Of a stretch of DNA of 26,796 nucleotides, positions 9,248 through 18,300 are shown in pieces. This DNA comes from Chthoniobacterales bacterium (GTDB lineage Bacteria; Verrucomicrobiota; Verrucomicrobiia; Chthoniobacterales; JACTMZ01): NCBI GenBank assembly GCA_044371145.1, contig JBILUI010000013.1:1-26796 (forward strand). The letters run 5' to 3'. The notes under the pieces are model-generated. The model did not search any database. It saw only the letters and a list, made by a program, of their open reading frames with translations, and was not told where the DNA came from. A program made the translations under genes and the position numbers. Numbering within the stretch: position 1 is the stretch's first letter; every line of letters begins with the position of its first letter.

Positions 9248-10071
9248 TCTGGCAGACAAGCCGGCGCACGTTCGACTTGGGCGAACGGGGCGTGATCATG
9301 GGCATCCTCAATGTGACGCCCGATTCGTTTTCCGACGGCGGAAACTACATCAACGCGGAAACCGCCGTAGCGCACGCACTGCAAATGATCGAGGAAGGTG
9401 CAGAGATTATCGACGTGGGCGGCGAATCGACGCGTCCGGGTGCAGCGGAGGTTTCGTCTGCAGAGGAAATCCGGCGCGTCGTTCCCGTCATCAAAATGCT
9501 ACGCGAGAGATCGGAGACCGCCATCAGCATCGACACATCGAAGGCCGAAGTGGCCCGCGCAGCGCTGGAGGCAGGAGCGGAGATCATCAATGACGTCACC
9601 GCGCTGACCAGTGATCCGTCCATGGCCGCTGTCGCGGCGGAGAGCAAAGCGGGCGTGGTGCTCATGCACATGCATGGCACGCCGCGCAGCATGCAGAAGG
9701 ACCCCCGCTACGAAGACGTTGTCCTCGAGGTGAAGGACTATCTCGCGTCACGCCTTGTCACCGCGGGCAAAGCGGGCATCGAAGAGGAGCGCATCGCCGT
9801 CGATCCGGGCATCGGTTTTGGCAAGACCGCCGATCACAACTGGGCCTTGATTCGTGAACTCGGTGTTTTCGCGCAATGGGGTCGACCGGTCCTGCTCGGC
9901 GTATCGCGCAAATCGCTGCTCAAAGACATCGCGGGAGACGATATGTCGCGGCGCGACGCGGCCACGGCTGCACTGACTGCCATCGGGCGTTCAAAAGGTG
10001 CGCGAATCTTCCGCGTGCACGAAATCGCGGGGAATCTGGCCGCCTTGCGCGCGGCGGAAGCTGCAGACTGA
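9244..10071 (+). CDS. folP: Dihydropteroate synthase
   Basis: MGILNVTPDSFSDGG, IIDVGGESTRPGA and DPGIGFGKT motifs. ATGA overlap with the hisD stop. Confidence 0.93.
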   Translation: MIWQTSRRTFDLGERGVIMGILNVTPDSFSDGGNYINAETAVAHALQMIEEGAEIIDVGGESTRPGAAEVSSAEEIRRVVPVIKMLRERSETAISIDTSKAEVARAALEAGAEIINDVTALTSDPSMAAVAAESKAGVVLMHMHGTPRSMQKDPRYEDVVLEVKDYLASRLVTAGKAGIEEERIAVDPGIGFGKTADHNWALIRELGVFAQWGRPVLLGVSRKSLLKDIAGDDMSRRDAATAALTAIGRSKGARIFRVHEIAGNLAALRAAEAAD

Positions 10072-10072
10072 G

Positions 10073-10552
10073 CTACTCGCTCTTGCGGTTGTCCCGCTGG
10101 ACAACAAACGAGTTGTTGATGATATCGATGATGCGCTGTCCGGGCAGCACTTTGTCCGAGAGCGCGTCAATATTACCGTCCTCGCCGATGACGAACACGG
10201 CGAAGTTGCCCTGCACTCCGTAGATGGAGGAGACGTAATTGGGATCGGCGGCAAGGACGAAGGGGATGTTCGAACGGATGACGCCCGATTCGCGCGTAAA
10301 GGCGGCGATGGCGACCATCTTTTCGTTGCCGAGGAGCTGATAGAGTTTTTTGAGCTGGCCGACTTGCGCGCGGAAAATCCGCTGCCGTGGCGACTCGGCA
10401 ACAATGAGCACGACGGGTTGCCCGCGCAGCGACTTGAGACTTTTGCCTTTGGCGCTGGAGGAGAGCCAGACGAAGTCGGGGGCGGGACGGACGACTTCAG
10501 CCGCCGCGAGCGACGGGAGAAGCAGGGCCAGGGCAAGAATGAGGATACGCAT
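10073..10552 (-). CDS. Secreted thioredoxin-fold (TlpA/AhpC-TSA-like) protein lacking any cysteine
   Basis: Signal peptide MRILILALALLLPSLAAA, then APDFVW...GKSLKSLRGQPVVLIV, which resembles the redoxin N-terminal beta-alpha unit. AESPRQR occupies the place of the CxxC motif, and the 159 aa contain no Cys. The gene starts 14 nt downstream of frr. Confidence 0.55.
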   Translation of the reverse strand: MRILILALALLLPSLAAAEVVRPAPDFVWLSSSAKGKSLKSLRGQPVVLIVAESPRQRIFRAQVGQLKKLYQLLGNEKMVAIAAFTRESGVIRSNIPFVLAADPNYVSSIYGVQGNFAVFVIGEDGNIDALSDKVLPGQRIIDIINNSFVVQRDNRKSE

Positions 10553-10566
10553 AGGAGTGGGGAGCG

Positions 10567-11121
10567 CTAGACGCGCATGATCTCGGCTTCCTTCGATCCG
10601 ACATGCGAATCGACGTCGGCCACGTATTTGTCGGTCAGTTTTTGGATTTGGGCTTCGGCGCTTTTAAGATCGTCTTCGGTCAGGCCGCCATCCTTCTGCA
10701 ATTTCTTGGCGGCGTCCATGGCGTGGCGCCGTGCCGCGCGGATGCGCACGCGCGTTTCCTCGGCCATGGTCTTGATTGTTTTGACCAGATCTTTGCGGCG
10801 CTCCTCGCTCAACTCGGGAATGGGCAGACGGATGATTTTGCCGTCGACCGAAGGCGTGATGCCGACCTTCGATTCGTTGATCGCTTTTTCGATGGCTTTG
10901 GAGTTGGAGACATCGAAGGGCGTTATGACAATAAGCCGGGCTTCTGGCGTGCTGATCAGCGCGAGCTGCTTCAGCTTCATCGATGATCCGTAGGCGTCGA
11001 CATCGATGCCCTCGACCAAGGCGGGCGAGGCCTTGCCGGTGCGCACGCTGGAGAATTCGTGCTTCATGAAATCGAGGGCTTTGTCCATGCCCTCCTCGGC
11101 GGTGAAAAGAATTTCGTCCAT
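10567..11121 (-). CDS. frr: Ribosome recycling factor
   Basis: SVRTGKASPALVEGIDVDAYGS, ISTPEARLIVITPFD and LSEERRKDLVK motifs. ATG 11121 (MDEILFTAEEG) lies 7 nt after the pyrH stop. Confidence 0.95.
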   Translation of the reverse strand: MDEILFTAEEGMDKALDFMKHEFSSVRTGKASPALVEGIDVDAYGSSMKLKQLALISTPEARLIVITPFDVSNSKAIEKAINESKVGITPSVDGKIIRLPIPELSEERRKDLVKTIKTMAEETRVRIRAARRHAMDAAKKLQKDGGLTEDDLKSAEAQIQKLTDKYVADVDSHVGSKEAEIMRV

Positions 11122-11128
11122 GGAAAAA

Positions 11129-11851
11129 TCAGGCGGAGACCAGCGTGCCGACCGGCTCGCCAAGCACGGCGCGTTGGATGTTGCTCGGTTCGGACATGTT
11201 GAACACCACTATCGGCATCTTGTTGTCCATGCAAAGGCTGAATGCGGTCGAGTCCATGACCTGCAGGCGGCGCTGCAGGGCCTCGGCGAAAGTGATGTGG
11301 TCGAATTTTTTCGCACCGGGGTTGGTTTTCGGGTCGGCGTCGTAGACACCGTCGACTTTGGTCGCCTTGAGGATGACGTCCGCCCCGATCTCGTTGGCGC
11401 GCAGGGCGGCGGTGGTGTCGGTGGAAAAGAAAGGATTGCCCGTGCCGGCGACGAAAATGACGACACGCCCCTGCTCGAGGTGGCGCATGGCGCGGCGGAG
11501 AATGAAAGGTTCGGCCACGTTGTTCATCTCGATGGCGGTCTGCACACGCGTGGTAACGCCGATGTCCTCGAGCCCGCTCATCAGCGCCATGCCGTTGATC
11601 ACCGTGGCGAGCATGCCCATATAGTCGGCAGTCGCGCGGTTCATGCCGCGGTGCGACGCGGCAAGGCCGCGCCAGATATTCCCGCCGCCAATGACCACGG
11701 CGAGCTCGACCCCGAGAGCCTGCACTTCCTTGATCGCATTGGCCAGCGAGTTGACGATCTGGGGTGAGATGTTGTCCTTGCTGCCGGGCTCGCGCAGGGC
11801 TTCACCGCTGAGTTTAAGGACGATGCGGCGGTATTTCGGCGTTTGCGGCAT
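11129..11851 (-). CDS. pyrH: UMP kinase
   Basis: [23 protein letters not shown] and [39 protein letters not shown] motifs. I use ATG 11851. The track start at 11878 is a GTG. Confidence 0.95.
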   Translation of the reverse strand: MPQTPKYRRIVLKLSGEALREPGSKDNISPQIVNSLANAIKEVQALGVELAVVIGGGNIWRGLAASHRGMNRATADYMGMLATVINGMALMSGLEDIGVTTRVQTAIEMNNVAEPFILRRAMRHLEQGRVVIFVAGTGNPFFSTDTTAALRANEIGADVILKATKVDGVYDADPKTNPGAKKFDHITFAEALQRRLQVMDSTAFSLCMDNKMPIVVFNMSEPSNIQRAVLGEPVGTLVSA

Positions 11852-11937
11852 CCGGGCAAGGTAGCGAAGGCTGCGCACCCTCTAGAAGCGAAAAAGAAAC
11901 ATCCCCCCCGCCGGCCATCCGGCGTAGAATGATTTAG

Positions 11938-12558
11938 ATGACGACATCTCCCGTCGAATTGCCGCAGACCATCCCGGTCATGGCCCTCAGCGGCGTGACG
12001 CTTTTCCCCAACGCCCTGCTGCCGCTCTGCATTTTCGAGCCGCGCTACCGTCAGATGCTCGAGTCGGTGCTAGCCGGGGACCGCATTTTCGCGGTCGGCA
12101 TGGTCCGCCCTGACACGGGAGAAGAGAGCATTTTTCCCGTGGCGGGAGCCGGCTTGGTGCGGGCCTGCGTGGGACAGCCCGACGGCACGAGCCAACTCAT
12201 CCTGCAGGGCATCGGGCGCGTGCGTTTCGAGAGCTTCCCGCAGACCGAACCCTACCTGATCGGACGTGCGGAGCCGGTGCTGACGGTCAATGACGACGAG
12301 GAGGCGGCGCGCAAACTGGGCGCGGAACTGCAGGACATTTGTATGGGTCTTGTTTCGCGCGGGGTCGAATTGCCCGAGCCGTTCACGCGTGCGGTCGGCG
12401 AAATGAACGACCCGGCGGTGCTCGGCGACCTCGTCGCTCAGCACCTCGTGCGCGAACCGCTCTCCGCCCAGGAAATCCTCGGCGAAACAAATCTTCCCGC
12501 GCGTCTGCGCCGGCTTGTCGGGGTCCTGCGGCAGGAATGGCAGCAGTTCCCCGCCTGA
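11938..12558 (+). CDS. Stand-alone Lon protease N-terminal (substrate-binding, PUA-like) domain protein
   Basis: The 206-aa sequence LPVMALSGVTLFPNALLPLCIFEPRYRQML... matches the LON N-domain pattern. It has no AAA+ or protease module. Confidence 0.8.
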   Translation: MTTSPVELPQTIPVMALSGVTLFPNALLPLCIFEPRYRQMLESVLAGDRIFAVGMVRPDTGEESIFPVAGAGLVRACVGQPDGTSQLILQGIGRVRFESFPQTEPYLIGRAEPVLTVNDDEEAARKLGAELQDICMGLVSRGVELPEPFTRAVGEMNDPAVLGDLVAQHLVREPLSAQEILGETNLPARLRRLVGVLRQEWQQFPA

Positions 12559-12608
12559 ACCGCGTTTGCACCGTGCCAACAGGCTCGGTATCGCGCTAAA
12601 ACACCGGA

Positions 12609-13970
12609 ATGTTGGAGCTTTTTGCGGAAACCGACGACTCGCGCAAACCGTGGTCGGTCACGCGTCTCAACCGCGAAGTGCGCGCGTGCCTCGAGGGATC
12701 AATCGGCACGATCCGGGTCGAGGGCGAGATTTCCAATCTCCGCCGTCAGCCCTCCGGGCACCAATATTTCAGCCTGAAAGACGAGGCGTGCCAGGTCTCG
12801 TGCGTCCTTTTCCGCAGCGCGGGGGCGTCGGGGCCCGCTTTGCGCGACGGCATGCAGGTCGAGCTTTCGGGACAGATCAGTGTCTACGAACCGCGCGGAC
12901 AATACCAAGTGGTGGTGCGCCGCGTACAACCGCGCGGCGCCGGCGAACTTGAAGCCAAGCTGCGGGCGCTGCAGGAAAAACTGCGGGACGAGGGGTTGTT
13001 CGATCCCGCGCGGAAACGCACACTGCCGCCGCATCCTTCTCGTGTCGGCGTGGTGACATCACCGAGCGGCGCGGCCATCCGTGATTTCCTCCATATCCTG
13101 GGCCGGCGCGCGCCGCATCTCGCCGTCTTCATCGCTCCGGTGCGCGTGCAGGGACGTGGTGCCTCGCTCGAAATCGCCGCGGCCATCGAGTCGTTCTCCG
13201 AGACCGGACGCAGCGGATTTCCCAACGTCGACGTGGTCGTGGTCACACGCGGCGGCGGCAGCCTGGAGGATTTGTGGGAATTCAACGAAGAGGTGGTGGC
13301 CCGCGCCATCGCAGCCTGCCGTATTCCGGTTATCTCCGCCGTGGGACACGAAATCGACCACACCACGTCGGACCTCGCCGCGGACGTGCGCGCCCCCACC
13401 CCGAGTGCGGCGGCGGAAATCCTCAGCGCGGACCGCGCCGAGACATTGCAGCGATTGTCCTCGCTGCTGCACCGGCTGCAACGCGAAACGGAAGCGATGC
13501 TCGATGTGGCCCGCGCGCGCCTCGATGCGCGCCTTTCCTCGGCAGGATTTCTCCTCCCTTCGCGGCGCATCACCGATCTGCGCCAGTTGACCGACGATTT
13601 GCGCGAGCGCGGCGCCGACGCGATACGCAGCCATCTCGATTCGCTGATCCAGCGGACACAACACGCCGCCTCGGTCCTGCGCGCCAGAGAGCCTTCGGCG
13701 CGCCTTGCCGCTTGGCGCGAAAGCTTGGGGCAGCTTGAGCTTCGTCAAACCCGCGCGGTCGACACCTCGATGACCGTCCGCCGCCAGGCACAATCGCGCG
13801 CTGCACACGCGCTGGAATTACTCGGTCCGCGCCAGACACTGGCCCGCGGCTTCACCATGACCCTTGACGCCCAGCGCCGCCCCCTCACCTCTGCAGCCGA
13901 AGCGGTGCGTAAGGACAAAATCACCACCGTCTTCGCCGACGGGGAAGTCGCGTCGCGCCCCGAAAACTAG
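12609..13970 (+). CDS. xseA: Exodeoxyribonuclease VII large subunit
   Basis: N-terminal OB fold (VTRLNREVRACLEGSIGTIRVEGEISNL...SGHQYFSLKD), catalytic core (VVTSPSGAAIRD, VTRGGGSLEDLWEFN, ISAVGHEIDHT) and a C-terminal coiled-coil tail. Confidence 0.92.
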   Translation: MLELFAETDDSRKPWSVTRLNREVRACLEGSIGTIRVEGEISNLRRQPSGHQYFSLKDEACQVSCVLFRSAGASGPALRDGMQVELSGQISVYEPRGQYQVVVRRVQPRGAGELEAKLRALQEKLRDEGLFDPARKRTLPPHPSRVGVVTSPSGAAIRDFLHILGRRAPHLAVFIAPVRVQGRGASLEIAAAIESFSETGRSGFPNVDVVVVTRGGGSLEDLWEFNEEVVARAIAACRIPVISAVGHEIDHTTSDLAADVRAPTPSAAAEILSADRAETLQRLSSLLHRLQRETEAMLDVARARLDARLSSAGFLLPSRRITDLRQLTDDLRERGADAIRSHLDSLIQRTQHAASVLRAREPSARLAAWRESLGQLELRQTRAVDTSMTVRRQAQSRAAHALELLGPRQTLARGFTMTLDAQRRPLTSAAEAVRKDKITTVFADGEVASRPEN

Positions 13971-14644
13971 GCGGCGAATTCGCGCTCGCGTGGGGTGGCG
14001 CGGTTCCAGAGCGGCCACTCGCCCTCCGCATGGAAGACGCAGTGCTGGCCCATCGCTTGCTCGAGAAGCTTGAGGTAGGCAGCACGCCGGATTTCCACCG
14101 CGCCGAACATTTCGAGGTGATCCGTCACCCACTGGATATCGAGCAGGCCGAAGTTGCGCTCGCGCAGGATCTCGACAAGCGAGAGCAAGGCCAACTTCGA
14201 CGCTTCGCTCACCCGCGAGAACATGGACTCGCCGAAGAACGCGCCGCCGAGCTGCACGCCATAAAGGCCGCCGGCCAGTCGCCCCTCAGACCAAACTTCC
14301 ACGCTGTGCGCCGCACCCTGCGCGTGCAACTGCGAGTAGACACGCGCGATGGACGGATCGATCCAAGTCTCAGGGCGCTCGGCGCAGCCCGAGACGACTT
14401 CGTCGAACGCGCTATTGATCGTCACGGTAAAATCGAGCCGTGGCAAAGCACGACGAAAACCGTGCGGCAGGCGGAACTCATCGATCGGCAGGATTCCGCG
14501 CGGGTCCGGCGAAAACCAGCGCAGGCGCCCATCCCCGCACCCCATGGGAAAAAACCCGTCGCGGTAAGCGCGCAGCACCGAGACAGGGCTGAGCCGCTCC
14601 GGCGGGAAGGACTGGGAGACGAGGTCCGACATCGCCCCATACAT
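13967..14644 (-). CDS. aat: Leucyl/phenylalanyl-tRNA--protein transferase
   Basis: LRAYRDGFFPMG, WFSPDPRGIL, AHSVEVW and GGLYGVQLGGAFFGESMFSRVSEASKLAL closely parallel E. coli Aat. The first ATG is at 14644, an alternative ATG is at 14632, and the track start 14653 is a TTG. Confidence 0.9.
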   Translation of the reverse strand: MYGAMSDLVSQSFPPERLSPVSVLRAYRDGFFPMGCGDGRLRWFSPDPRGILPIDEFRLPHGFRRALPRLDFTVTINSAFDEVVSGCAERPETWIDPSIARVYSQLHAQGAAHSVEVWSEGRLAGGLYGVQLGGAFFGESMFSRVSEASKLALLSLVEILRERNFGLLDIQWVTDHLEMFGAVEIRRAAYLKLLEQAMGQHCVFHAEGEWPLWNRATPREREFAA

Positions 14645-14742
14645 TTGCCGCAAACCCGCCGTCCACGCAACCCGGTCATTACGGATTGCCGCCCTGACCG
14701 TCCGGGCCTATTAAAGAGGGCTACGCCGAAACCGACCGCCAC

Positions 14743-16458
14743 ATGATCTCCGACAACGCTAACCCGCCATCGCTCTCCAAAGTCGAGGGCGTCAAAGAAG
14801 CCAGCAATTACCTGCGCGGCACCCTTGCGGCCAGCCTCGAGGACCGTTCGACCGGCGCCATCGCCGACGACGACACAACCGTCTCCAAATTCCACGGCAT
14901 CTACCAGCAGGACCACCGCGACCAGCGCAACGAACGGAAGAAAGCGGGGCTCGAGAAGGCTTTCATCTTCATGATCCGCATCCGCGTGCCCGGCGGTGTC
15001 TGCACTCCGGAGCAATGGCTCAAAATCGACGCGCTGGCGGACCAATACGGCAGCCACACCCTCAAGCTGACCACGCGTCAGGCTTTCCAGCTGCATTTCA
15101 TCACCAAAGACGTCCTCAAAACAACCATGCAGGGGATCGACAAGGCCGTGATGGATTGCATCGCGGCCTGCGGCGACGTGAACCGCAACGTCATGGCCAA
15201 CCCGAACCCGTATCAGTCGGCCCTGCACGGACCCGTGCTGGACGACGCCCGCGCGGTCAGCACCCACCTCACCCCGCGGACCCGCGCGTATCACGAGGTT
15301 TGGTTGGATGGCGAAAAAATCTCGGCCGAAGACGAGGAAGAGCCGATCTACGGAAAGACTTACCTCCCGCGCAAATTCAAAACCGGCTTCGCCGTGCCGC
15401 CGAGCAACGACGTCGATATCTACACGCAAGACCTCGGATTCATCGCCATAGGCGAGAACGACAGACTTCTCGGCTACAACCTTTCGGTCGGCGGTGGCCT
15501 TGGCATGTCGCACGGCGACACCAAGACATACCCGCGTCTGGCCAATGTCATCGGCTACCTACCGCGCGAGAAAGTGGTCGAAGTCGCGGAAAAAGTCCTC
15601 ACCGTGCAGCGCGATTTCGGCGACCGCACCAACCGGAAGCACGCCCGCCTCAAATACACCATCGAGGACCGCGGCGTGGAATGGTTCAAAAACGAGCTCG
15701 AATCACGCCTCGGCTGGAAACTCGGCGAGACGCGTCCTTTCGAATTCACCAGCTCAGGTGACCGCTATGGCTGGACCAAAGGCACGGACGGCAACTGGCA
15801 CTACGGGCTCTTTATCCAGAACGGGCGCCTGCGCGACACCGAGGATCAGCCCGCCAAGACCGGCCTGCGCGAGATCGCCAAGATCCATACCGGCGACTTC
15901 CGCCTCACCGCGAATCAAAACGTCGTCATCGGCGGCGTGACCGAGGAGCAAAAGCCGCGCATCGAGGCCATGCTCAAGCAATACAAACTCGATATCCCCG
16001 AGCGCATCACCGGACTGCGTTTGAACTCCATGGCCTGCGTCGCCCTGCCAACCTGCGGCCTCGCGCTGGCCGAAAGCGAACGCTACCTGCCGCAGCTCGT
16101 CACCGAACTCGATCAAGTGATCGAAGAATGCGGATTGCGCGAGACGGAGATCGTCATCCGCATGACCGGATGCCCCAATGGCTGCGCGCGTCCCTACCTC
16201 GGCGAGATCGGTTTCGTCGGCCGTGCCCCCGGCAAATACAACATCTACCTCGGCGCGGCCTTCGACGGCGCGCGGCTGAACAAGCTCTACAAGCCGTCAG
16301 TCAAATCGGAGGACATCGTCAACGAACTCGCTCCGATCATTCGGCGCTACGCCAAGGAACGGCAGGAAGGCGAACACTTCGGCGATTTCACCATCCGCGC
16401 CGGTTACGTCAAAGCCACGACCGAAGGTCGCCTCTTCCACGAGGACATCATGGCCTGA
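14743..16458 (+). CDS. cysI: Assimilatory sulfite reductase hemoprotein (CysI-type, siroheme/4Fe-4S)
   Basis: Collinear with E. coli CysI as I remember it: [26 protein letters not shown]. Cluster/siroheme cysteines occur in [14 protein letters not shown] and [11 protein letters not shown]. Confidence 0.92.
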   Translation: MISDNANPPSLSKVEGVKEASNYLRGTLAASLEDRSTGAIADDDTTVSKFHGIYQQDHRDQRNERKKAGLEKAFIFMIRIRVPGGVCTPEQWLKIDALADQYGSHTLKLTTRQAFQLHFITKDVLKTTMQGIDKAVMDCIAACGDVNRNVMANPNPYQSALHGPVLDDARAVSTHLTPRTRAYHEVWLDGEKISAEDEEEPIYGKTYLPRKFKTGFAVPPSNDVDIYTQDLGFIAIGENDRLLGYNLSVGGGLGMSHGDTKTYPRLANVIGYLPREKVVEVAEKVLTVQRDFGDRTNRKHARLKYTIEDRGVEWFKNELESRLGWKLGETRPFEFTSSGDRYGWTKGTDGNWHYGLFIQNGRLRDTEDQPAKTGLREIAKIHTGDFRLTANQNVVIGGVTEEQKPRIEAMLKQYKLDIPERITGLRLNSMACVALPTCGLALAESERYLPQLVTELDQVIEECGLRETEIVIRMTGCPNGCARPYLGEIGFVGRAPGKYNIYLGAAFDGARLNKLYKPSVKSEDIVNELAPIIRRYAKERQEGEHFGDFTIRAGYVKATTEGRLFHEDIMA

Positions 16459-16480
16459 GGCGCGCTCGACCGCCCTCAAA

Positions 16481-16591
16481 TTGTAGCGGCGGTCAGCCGA
16501 GCGAAGCGAGACAGGTCGCCGCGGCGACCAACTGATATGACCGCCGGACCATTCACCATAAATTCACCGACGGACATAGTCCGCCGCTACA
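16481..16591. repeat. REP/MITE-like element: inverted copies of a TGTAGCGGCGG-core unit flanking a 16-bp perfect palindrome
   Basis: TTGTAGCGGCGGTC lies at 16481..16494 (+). The 27-nt unit CACCGACGGACATAGTCCGCCGCTACA lies at 16565..16591 (inverted). GGTCGCCGCGGCGACC lies at 16514..16529. The element fills the convergent cysI/transglutaminase junction. The 27-mer matches the unit at 24666..24692 at 23 of 27 positions. Confidence 0.5.
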
Positions 16592-17438
16592 CATCGGGGC
16601 GACGGGAAATCGCAAGCTTCGTCTCCAACCGGTGCGGAATTTTCCGGTCGCCGAAATACAGTCCGGTCACGGGCGCGATGTCGCCGGGCGCGATCCCAAC
16701 GGCGGTCGCGAGGTAATGGTGGTCGGCCAGAACACCATTCGAGGGATCCATTCCCACCCACCCCGCGCCAGGGAGAAACACTTCAGTCCACGCGTGGAGC
16801 GAGCCGTCAGCTTTGCGTTCGGCCGGATCGCTGACGCTTTCCCAGAGATATCCGCTGACCAAACGCGCGGCGAGGCCTTGAGCCCGCAGCGCGGCGGCGA
16901 GCAAGGCAGCCGCGTCGCGGCAGGCCCCGCGGCGCAGTCGCAAGGTTTCGGCGGGCGGATGCGCTTCGCCGTCCTCGCGCCGCTCGTAGGCGATGTGCGT
17001 GTGCATCCATTGGTTCATGGCAACGAGCGCACCGACCGTCTCGCCGCCGGACATGGGCCGCAAAGCGGCTGGTAATTCGACCGGTTCCGTGACGGTGAAA
17101 GCGGCGAGCAACTCGCGTTCGCGCACCGTGTATTCGGGCGGCCACTGCAGCGCGCGGCTATCCAGTAGGAACCCGAAAGGATTGCGCTCTTCCACTTCGA
17201 TTTGCGCATCGAGTGAAAAGACGAGGCGATCCTCCTGGCGCGGGTAGAAACATTGGGCGACGATATTGTCGAACAAGTCGTGCCGCCAGTTGACGGAACC
17301 GCTTTCGTTCGTGGCAAAGCGCAGAGCGCGCACCCGCGCCTGCAGTGCGTCGCGGGGAAACAGGCGCAGGACGTGGGGCGAGAGGCTGACTTTGCCCTCG
17401 TAGCGGTATTCAGCCCTGTATTCGACAGTGAGATTCAT
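16587..17438 (-). CDS. Transglutaminase-like cysteine peptidase family protein (paralog 2)
   Basis: N-terminal Bact_transglu_N-like start (VEYRAEYRYEGKVSLSPHVLRLFPR). Core triad Cys173 (RRGACRDAA), His215 (LHAWTEV) and Asp231 (GMDPSNG). The ATG overlaps the stop of the upstream paralog (ATGA). Confidence 0.85.
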   Translation of the reverse strand: MNLTVEYRAEYRYEGKVSLSPHVLRLFPRDALQARVRALRFATNESGSVNWRHDLFDNIVAQCFYPRQEDRLVFSLDAQIEVEERNPFGFLLDSRALQWPPEYTVRERELLAAFTVTEPVELPAALRPMSGGETVGALVAMNQWMHTHIAYERREDGEAHPPAETLRLRRGACRDAAALLAAALRAQGLAARLVSGYLWESVSDPAERKADGSLHAWTEVFLPGAGWVGMDPSNGVLADHHYLATAVGIAPGDIAPVTGLYFGDRKIPHRLETKLAISRRPDV

Positions 17439-18295
17439 GTGATGCGCTTCATGACAACCTTGACCGACATCTCCTGTCCGCCGCTGCCCTTGAACGTCCC
17501 GCGCAGCGGTGCAGCGTCGGCAAAATCACGTCCGAAAGATACCGCGACATGGCGCTCGCCACACCATTGATTGTTGGTTGGGTCGAGGGCGACCCATTCC
17601 ATGCCCGGCACAAGCACCTCCACCCATGCGTGTGTGGCCACCGCACCGACCAGCCGTGCCGCGCCTTCGGGTGGATCGGTCTCGATGTAACCGCAGACAT
17701 AGCGCGCGGGGAGACCCGAGGTCCGGAGCACGCTGAGCATGATGTGGGCGAAATCCTGGCAGACCCCGCAGCGCGTCTTCCACACCTCGGCCAGCGGGGT
17801 GGACAAGTCCGTGCTGCCCTTGGCGTATTTGAACCCGTGGTGAACTTCCTTGTTCAGTGCGGATAAAGCTTCGCGCAGCGGAGTGTCGGATGGCAGCAAT
17901 CTGCGCCCCCACTTGGTCGCCTCGCCGCCGTTCAGCGCGGCCAACGTCCCGCGCAGATGATCAAAGACGTCGGTGGCCACCGAGGAAAATATCTGGCGGG
18001 CCTCACCGACAGTGAGGTCGAGCGCTTCCTCGGGAAGAACAGGCGGGACTGTCTCCACGCTCAAGCGGCTGGTCACGGCCAGTCTCTCGTGACGCCGGAT
18101 CATCGAATAAAAGACCGTCGGATTTCCAAAGTAGTCGGTGTAGCTCGTAACGGGAGAAGCCGGCGCGAATTCGACCGCGTGCGACAGGATCTTCTGGGTC
18201 GGCCTCGGCGGCGGCGTGAGGCGTGCCTCGACATAGGCTTCGCTGGCCGGTTGCTCGTAGCGGTAGTCGGTGACGTGCGTTATGTCGAAGCGCAT
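17435..18295 (-). CDS. Transglutaminase-like cysteine peptidase family protein (paralog 1)
   Basis: MRFDITHVTDYRYEQPASEAYVEARLTP (Bact_transglu_N-like). Core triad Cys179 (RCGVCQDFAH), His222 (THAWVEV) and Asp238 (ALDPTNN). The gene starts 5 nt after the stop of the ATP-grasp/alpha-E gene. Confidence 0.88.
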   Translation of the reverse strand: MRFDITHVTDYRYEQPASEAYVEARLTPPPRPTQKILSHAVEFAPASPVTSYTDYFGNPTVFYSMIRRHERLAVTSRLSVETVPPVLPEEALDLTVGEARQIFSSVATDVFDHLRGTLAALNGGEATKWGRRLLPSDTPLREALSALNKEVHHGFKYAKGSTDLSTPLAEVWKTRCGVCQDFAHIMLSVLRTSGLPARYVCGYIETDPPEGAARLVGAVATHAWVEVLVPGMEWVALDPTNNQWCGERHVAVSFGRDFADAAPLRGTFKGSGGQEMSVKVVMKRIT

Positions 18296-18300
18296 AGGGT

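Noticed and set aside
14422-15513. 363-aa minus-strand ORF overlapping the aat 5' end, the intergenic region and cysI.
   Set aside because: It is antisense to cysI, which is collinear with E. coli CysI, and it has no recognisable domain.
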